Positions 26,104-31,721 of a stretch of 31,721 bases of DNA are shown piece by piece. Position numbers and translations under genes: made by a program. A model generated the notes under the pieces. The model was given only the letters and a program-made list of their open reading frames with translations. It made no database searches and was not told the DNA's origin. Numbering within the stretch: position 1 is the stretch's first letter; each line of letters starts with the position of its first letter. The stretch comes from Crocinitomicaceae bacterium (GTDB lineage: Bacteria > Bacteroidota > Bacteroidia > Flavobacteriales_D > Crocinitomicaceae), in assembly GCA_015662935.1 (NCBI GenBank), contig DQTF01000116.1, positions 1-31,721 on the forward strand, given 5' to 3'.

Positions 26104-28023
26104 TTGAAAGAAACTAAATTTATAGAGCAAAACAAAAAAAAGTGGAATCGCTTTGAAGAACTCTACGAATCTAAATCGAACAATCCGGATGAGTTAAGCG
26201 ACCTTTACATGGACATAACAGATGATTTAAGTTATGCCCAAACATTCTACCGAAGAAGAACCGTCCGCGTCTATTTGAATAAATTAGCGCAAACTGTTTA
26301 TACAGGTGTTCACAAGCAAAAAGGAGAATCAATCCGAAGGTTTTTAGACGTTTGGAAAATTTCTTTGCCACTAGAAATATACCGTTCTCGCAAAAGTTTG
26401 CTTTTTGCTCTAGTTGCTTTTTGTGTGTATGCACTAATTGGAGTTGTTACAACAATGATAGATCCTAATTTCCCAAGAGTTGTAATGGGTGATGGTTATG
26501 TAAACATGACGATTGAGAATATCCAAAATGGGAATCCTCTAAAAGTGTATGAAGATACTGATCAGATGGCGATGTTTGTCAATATTACCACTAACAACAT
26601 GAAAGTTGCGTTCTTGACTTTTTTTGTAGGTTTTTTCTTCACTATTGGCACACACATGATGTTGTTTTACAACGGAGTAATGCTGGGAGCCTTCCAATAT
26701 TTCTTCAAAGCAAAAGGTTTACTAATCACGAGCTTTTTAGGAATTTGGATTCACGGTGCGTTTGAAATATCAGCAATAGTGCTTGCAGGAGGTGCAGGAA
26801 TAACAGCGGGAAATGGTCTGCTTTTCCCCGGAAGTTATACGCGCTTGCAATCCTTACAATTATCTACTAAACGAGGGTTAAAAATAATGATGAGTTTGGT
26901 TCCGTTTATCATTGCGGCAGGTTTTTTAGAAAGTTATGTTACGCATAATTATCAAAACTTGCCTGAATGGTCAAAATGGACGTTGATTTTATTCTCTTTC
27001 GCATTTATTCTCTTCTTCTATGTGTTTTATCCCATTTATGTAGCAAGAAAATACCCGGAGCTGATTGACCGAGAAGAGGTGGGAAATTTTCAGGAAAGAA
27101 AAGGATTCAACTTTCATAAAATCAGAGGTTCAGGAGAAGTTTTGGCTGATTCATTTAGAATGTACAGAACGATTTTTCAAAAACTTTCGCGTGTTTTTAT
27201 CACCATTGTCATTCCTATTATTGCCGTATTGGTAGTGTTGCAAAACAGCAATCATTACGATTTACAAAAAACGCAATATTGGTACGATTGGGCATCTCAG
27301 TTAGAATTTATGATTGGTTATTGCTTCATTAATGGACAAGACTACCTCATCTTTACCATCTGGACTTTTGTGTTTGCATTGATTTTCTCAACGGTGTTTT
27401 GGGCGATGCAATCTACCGATGAAGAATTCTCTTGGAAGCAATTCTTCAACTACCTAAAGAAAAGGTTTTTTGGCATTTGGCTAGCAAATTTATTCTTTGC
27501 GCTAAGTTGCTTACTCTTACCGTGGTATTTTTTGCTCTTTGCCATTTTTCTACTTCCTTTTTTCTTTCTTAATGCGGCAGCAATGGGAATCAGCAATGGG
27601 AAATTTAAAGAAAGATTCAGAAAAGGATTTCGATATAGTAAGCAACATTACGGAAAATCTTTGGTGTTATTGCTCATACTCATTTGCTTAACGGCGATTA
27701 TTCTGCAACCAATTGCCTTGGTTTTTAGCATCCATAATTCTTGGACAAATGAACCAGAAATGCGAGACCTATTAGATATGTTGGCAGATTTTGTCAAAAG
27801 AATTGCAATGATTTACACAGATGATTATATGGTTTGGGCGAATTTTTTCCGACAGTTTGTGTACATCATTTTTATACTTGGACTCTTGCCTTTATTGATT
27901 ATCACAATGGGATTTGGCTATTTTTCTGAAAGAGAAAAAACAGAAGTAATGGGCTTAAGAAATCAGTTCGAAAAATTTGGAAAACGGAGCAATACACAAG
28001 AATCAAAGGTAGATTTTGAGTAA
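26104..28023 (+). CDS. Stage II sporulation protein M (DUF95) domain fused to a second polytopic membrane domain
   Basis: TTG start (MKETKFIEQNKKKW). Motifs TDDLSYAQTFY, I.TNN.KVAFL.F..G, NG.MLGAF, IWIHG.FE, AAGFLESYVT. About 320 further residues with several hydrophobic segments follow. Confidence 0.85.
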   Translation: MKETKFIEQNKKKWNRFEELYESKSNNPDELSDLYMDITDDLSYAQTFYRRRTVRVYLNKLAQTVYTGVHKQKGESIRRFLDVWKISLPLEIYRSRKSLLFALVAFCVYALIGVVTTMIDPNFPRVVMGDGYVNMTIENIQNGNPLKVYEDTDQMAMFVNITTNNMKVAFLTFFVGFFFTIGTHMMLFYNGVMLGAFQYFFKAKGLLITSFLGIWIHGAFEISAIVLAGGAGITAGNGLLFPGSYTRLQSLQLSTKRGLKIMMSLVPFIIAAGFLESYVTHNYQNLPEWSKWTLILFSFAFILFFYVFYPIYVARKYPELIDREEVGNFQERKGFNFHKIRGSGEVLADSFRMYRTIFQKLSRVFITIVIPIIAVLVVLQNSNHYDLQKTQYWYDWASQLEFMIGYCFINGQDYLIFTIWTFVFALIFSTVFWAMQSTDEEFSWKQFFNYLKKRFFGIWLANLFFALSCLLLPWYFLLFAIFLLPFFFLNAAAMGISNGKFKERFRKGFRYSKQHYGKSLVLLLILICLTAIILQPIALVFSIHNSWTNEPEMRDLLDMLADFVKRIAMIYTDDYMVWANFFRQFVYIIFILGLLPLLIITMGFGYFSEREKTEVMGLRNQFEKFGKRSNTQESKVDFE

Positions 28024-28903
28024 ATACCTCTTACATATCGCTTTTATCATCTGTTCTTTCAGTCTGTTAGGACAAAACAAGCCTTTAACAGAAAAAGAAA
28101 AACTGTGGCAGTCTGAAAAGGACTATTTAAAATATCAAAAGAATAGCAAATATGATGGTCCTGAAGATTGGTATGGTGGCTATCCTGCAAACATGGAGAA
28201 TGAAGACTATGTCTCAACAAATTCTGGTGGCGGAAATTCTTCCAAAAACCTCAACTACAATCCACAGCAAATACAAGACGATAGAGATGAAAAAAATGGA
28301 ACCTCTGGAAGTGGCGGTAATTTACAGTTTGATCCAACTGTTGAACGTCCCGACCCATTAGAAATACCAGAAATTGATATTAACCCATTGGATATTGATG
28401 CGCCAGACATTGACTTAAATCTCCCAGATTGGGACTTATCCATCTCTCAGAGCTTTTGGAAAATGTTATTGTTCATCCTCATTTTCGCGGCTGTTTTCAT
28501 CGTTGCTTATTTGATAATCAAGAATAGAAAACCTGGAGAAAAGAAAATTATTGTGGATGTTGAGGATGAATGGAACCCTGAAGTGATTAGCAAAACAGAA
28601 TTAGAATTACGTTTAGAGCAAGCTATTCACGCAGAGAATTACAGAGAATGCATTCGTATTTATTTCACGTTTATACTCAAGGAACTCATTCGCAAAAACT
28701 GGATTCTCTGGAAAAAAGACAAAACCAATCACCACTACGTTATGGAAATGGGGAAGCGAGCCAATGCATTGCAATTTAATGAATGTGTAAGAGTTTACGA
28801 CCTTGTTTGGTACGGTGATTACCAGATTGACAAAGATATTTATGAATTATTGAAACCGACTTTAGAAAGCTACTATAAATCCCTAGACCCAGTTCATGAA
28901 TAA
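28016..28903 (+). CDS. DUF4129-like domain protein (signal peptide, linker, TM, cytoplasmic helical domain)
   Basis: TTG start overlapping the upstream stop. C-terminal AI..ENYRECIRIYF...L....I.W...KTN..Y....F......YDLVWYGDY pattern. Confidence 0.8.
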   Translation: MSKYLLHIAFIICSFSLLGQNKPLTEKEKLWQSEKDYLKYQKNSKYDGPEDWYGGYPANMENEDYVSTNSGGGNSSKNLNYNPQQIQDDRDEKNGTSGSGGNLQFDPTVERPDPLEIPEIDINPLDIDAPDIDLNLPDWDLSISQSFWKMLLFILIFAAVFIVAYLIIKNRKPGEKKIIVDVEDEWNPEVISKTELELRLEQAIHAENYRECIRIYFTFILKELIRKNWILWKKDKTNHHYVMEMGKRANALQFNECVRVYDLVWYGDYQIDKDIYELLKPTLESYYKSLDPVHE

Positions 28904-30605
28904 TCAAACCAAAATAGGATTAGTGGGTGGTATCGTTTTATTAATGGTACTCATGGTTTGGATGTTTTCTTCAGGAGGAGATGCGGATATCGTAAATAAG
29001 AATGGAAGAAAACCTTACATTTCTTCTAACTGGACAAAGAGGTTTGAATTGTATGATAAAAAACCTTTAGGATTGTTTTTATTTACTTCTTTGGCAAAAG
29101 CACACATTGACTCTTCCAGTAAGGTGATGATTGCAAAGAATTGGGGCATTCTTGATTCTCTAATTAACAGTTCTCCCAAAAAGAAAAGCTTTTTATTTGT
29201 CGGGAACAATTTTGGGTTGCTCAATAACGAATTAGAGTTGGTTTTAAATGAGGTCGAAGAAGGAGCCGAATTATTCATTGCGTATAACAATTTAACGGAT
29301 AACGTCCAGGATGAATTATTTGTAAGATCGAGTAATTCTTTTGAATACAATGCTCATGTGAAGATAAAAACCATCAGAAGAAGCTTTCAGATGATTAATC
29401 TGTATCAGAATGACACCGTCGCAACTGACTGGAACACTTTTGGAACAAGTAAAACTTACGGAGCAAAGAAATCACTTTCTAAAATTTTAGGACAAGATAA
29501 TTTCATTCGCATCAATCATGGAAAAGGGAAAATCCATCTTCTTTCGACACCAACGGTATTCTATAATTATCAAGTAAAGAGAATGCTTGGTTATAAATAT
29601 GCTGAATATGCGCTGAACCAAATTCCGAAAAATCAAGACATCATTTTGCTCGAATTGGGAAGGTTGTCCGATGATTTTGGCACTAACAACGATAATTATT
29701 TAGACGATATTGCAGAAGAATTTGGGAAACGTGATGACAGTTACTTAACCTTATTGTTCCAAAACCCAACCTTGTTGAAGGCAATGCTTTTAGCGATTAT
29801 TGGCATTCTCTTATTCGTTATTTTTAGATCCAAAAGAAAACGACCTGTTGTGCCTTATGTCAAAAAGAAAAAAGACATGACACTGGCATTTGCGGAGACG
29901 ATTACCTCTATTTATTATTCAAAAAGGAATCCACATGGACTTTTGCAGGTGCAAAAGAAGAACTTCTACGCAATGGTTCAAAAACATTTTTATTTGGACC
30001 TTAATCGAAAAGACCAAGAAAATGTCCGCAATTCTTTAGCAGAAAAAAGTAATTATAATAGAAAAGATATTGAACAACTAGTTGATTTGTATGATGCAAA
30101 GGAAGAAAATGTGAACGACCAATACGTTGCGAATGTTTTGAGCCAACAGCAAGCGTTTTACAAATCGGTGGGTATTATTTCTGACAAAACCAAAGATAGA
30201 ATTAAAGAACGAGAAACTGTTTACAGAAGATCCATGCTGATTCCGTCTATATTCATTTTAAGTGGTGTGTTTCTATTCTTCTTCGGACTTTATTATTTGG
30301 TTGCGTCTATTGGAATCGGAATAATTTTCTGGCCGGTTGGAGTTATTTTGGTTATTTTAGGAATAATCCGATTGTCTCAACCATTCTTAATTGTAAATGG
30401 GAAAAGTTGGCGATATTATTCTCTCTATGGAAAAAAGAAAGAGTACAATTCAAAAGAGATTACCAATATTGAACTATTAACAGACGGTGCAAAAGTTAAC
30501 TTCGGCACACAAGAAAGACTAATTATTAATTATAAAGAATTAAGCCGCTTCGATCAAAAGCAATTGAAGCAGTTTATTTCTAAACTTCATACACAAGAAT
30601 TATGA
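28896..30605 (+). CDS. DUF4350-like protein with an extra C-terminal TM hairpin and small soluble domain
   Basis: N-terminal TM, W...F...DK.P.G...F, GKGKIHLLSTP..F.NY, TM ILLFVIFRSKRKRP.VP, AF.ETI..IYY. Confidence 0.75.
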   Translation: MNNQTKIGLVGGIVLLMVLMVWMFSSGGDADIVNKNGRKPYISSNWTKRFELYDKKPLGLFLFTSLAKAHIDSSSKVMIAKNWGILDSLINSSPKKKSFLFVGNNFGLLNNELELVLNEVEEGAELFIAYNNLTDNVQDELFVRSSNSFEYNAHVKIKTIRRSFQMINLYQNDTVATDWNTFGTSKTYGAKKSLSKILGQDNFIRINHGKGKIHLLSTPTVFYNYQVKRMLGYKYAEYALNQIPKNQDIILLELGRLSDDFGTNNDNYLDDIAEEFGKRDDSYLTLLFQNPTLLKAMLLAIIGILLFVIFRSKRKRPVVPYVKKKKDMTLAFAETITSIYYSKRNPHGLLQVQKKNFYAMVQKHFYLDLNRKDQENVRNSLAEKSNYNRKDIEQLVDLYDAKEENVNDQYVANVLSQQQAFYKSVGIISDKTKDRIKERETVYRRSMLIPSIFILSGVFLFFFGLYYLVASIGIGIIFWPVGVILVILGIIRLSQPFLIVNGKSWRYYSLYGKKKEYNSKEITNIELLTDGAKVNFGTQERLIINYKELSRFDQKQLKQFISKLHTQEL

Positions 30606-31720
30606 GTACATCCAATGAAGAAAACTACATGCCTAAAGAAGGCAATGAAGGCGCAAATTCTCCAGAAGAGAATGTAAACGCAACAAATGAAACACCCAAT
30701 TCTGAAGAAAATCAAGCAAGTGTTGAGCCAAGTTCTGGAACACCAAATTATGGTTTTGAACGTCAGAATACAGAATTAATTTGGGTTTCTCAAAAGGTAA
30801 GTGAGGTCAGAACAGAACTCGGAAAATACATTATTGGTCAAACAGAAATGGTTGATTTACTAATGACAGGGATATTCTCCAACGGTCATATTTTGTTAGA
30901 AGGAGTTCCTGGAGTAGCAAAAACACTGTCTGCAAAAGTGCTTTCAAGATCACTGAATGTAGAGTTTAGCAGAATTCAGTTTACGCCAGATATGATGCCT
31001 TCCGACGTTATAGGAACATCTGTTTTTAATTCAAAGGAAGCAACGTTCTCTTTTAGAAAAGGGCCTATTTTTTCTAATATAGTTTTGATTGATGAAATTA
31101 ATCGAGCACCAGCAAAAACACAAGCTGCATTGTTTGAGGTAATGGAAGAACGTCAAATTACTTACGACGGAACGCGTTATCCAATGACTTTTCCTTTTAT
31201 TGTAATTGCTACGCAAAACCCAATAGAGCAAGAGGGAACTTATAACTTGCCTGAAGCACAATTGGATAGGTTTTTATTTAAAATCAAGTTGGATTATCCA
31301 GAATTGCATGAAGAAGAAGAGATATTGCAACGTTATAAAAATGAGATTAAATCACCTACCTTAGAAGATGTTAAAGCGGTTTTCTCCGCAGATGAAATAG
31401 CAAAAATTCAAACGGCTGTCGGGAAGGTAATTGTTGAAGATAATTTGGTGAAGTACATTGCGGCAATAACGCATAAGACTAGAAATCACGGTAAAATATA
31501 TTTGGGAGGTTCTCCAAGAGCATCTTTGTCAATTATTAAATCTTCAAAAGCAATGGCAGCAATCAGAGGTCGTGATTTTGTCACTCCTGAAGACATTCAG
31601 TTTGTTGCGGTACACGTGTTGAATCACCGTTTAATTATGACACCAGAAGCAGAAATGGAAGGTGTTTCAGCAGAAGACGTAGTGGCAGAGATTTTAAAAA
31701 CAATAGAAGTCCCAAGATAG
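30602..31720 (+). CDS. MoxR family AAA+ ATPase
   Basis: LLEGVPGVAKT, RIQFTPDMMPSD, LIDEINRAPAKTQ, ATQNPIEQEGTY.LPEAQLDRF, GSPRAS. ATGA overlap with the upstream gene. Confidence 0.96.
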   Translation: MSTSNEENYMPKEGNEGANSPEENVNATNETPNSEENQASVEPSSGTPNYGFERQNTELIWVSQKVSEVRTELGKYIIGQTEMVDLLMTGIFSNGHILLEGVPGVAKTLSAKVLSRSLNVEFSRIQFTPDMMPSDVIGTSVFNSKEATFSFRKGPIFSNIVLIDEINRAPAKTQAALFEVMEERQITYDGTRYPMTFPFIVIATQNPIEQEGTYNLPEAQLDRFLFKIKLDYPELHEEEEILQRYKNEIKSPTLEDVKAVFSADEIAKIQTAVGKVIVEDNLVKYIAAITHKTRNHGKIYLGGSPRASLSIIKSSKAMAAIRGRDFVTPEDIQFVAVHVLNHRLIMTPEAEMEGVSAEDVVAEILKTIEVPR

Positions 31721-31721
31721 G

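Noticed and set aside
26104-28023. Sporulation function implied by the SpoIIM name
   Set aside because: The organism is a Bacteroidota, with no SpoIID/IIP-like partners here. The domain is widespread in non-sporulating bacteria.
2123-31261. Many 60-150 aa alternative-frame or antisense ORFs (e.g. 3494-3859, 4990-5412, 11582-12034, 21371-21709, 29015-29350)
   Set aside because: All lie within well-supported genes and show no recognisable motifs. They are consistent with shadow ORFs.
1-31721. Prophage, integrative element or horizontally acquired island
   Set aside because: No integrase, transposase, phage genes or att-like repeats, and no compositional shift is evident by eye. The gene content is core-like.

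Overview
AT-rich, gene-dense chromosomal window from a Bacteroidota bacterium, most likely Flavobacteriales. This is inferred from the T9SS C-terminal domain, TAnnTTT(A/G) promoter boxes and gene content. It holds about 30 CDS: a 5'-truncated T9SS cargo protein; yqaA-like/fbp/mfd; two glycosyltransferases; a minus-strand run of M42 peptidase, hypothetical protein, dodecin, DUF853 ATPase, EEP nuclease lipoprotein and PPK2; SCO; dgkA-xseA-xseB; pgk; FMN reductase-pirin; lemA-htpX-DinB-Crp/Fnr; an ECF sigma/anti-sigma pair; a tandem OmpA-like protein; a GH113-like hydrolase; and an uncharacterised SpoIIM(fusion)-DUF4129-DUF4350-MoxR operon that reaches the window end. I saw no rRNA, tRNA, CRISPR array, integrase or transposase. 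The most interesting signals are: (i) the SpoIIM/MoxR membrane module with two apparent domain fusions; (ii) four genes with the same TAnnTTTA-N4-ATG arrangement, suggesting leaderless mRNAs, one of which carries an FNR-like palindrome centred at -41.5 next to a Crp/Fnr gene; (iii) matching ECF-type promoters before the sigma gene and the ompA-like gene; (iv) several unrelated REP-like palindromes in the intergenic gaps. All family assignments come from motif recognition by eye, not from database searches.
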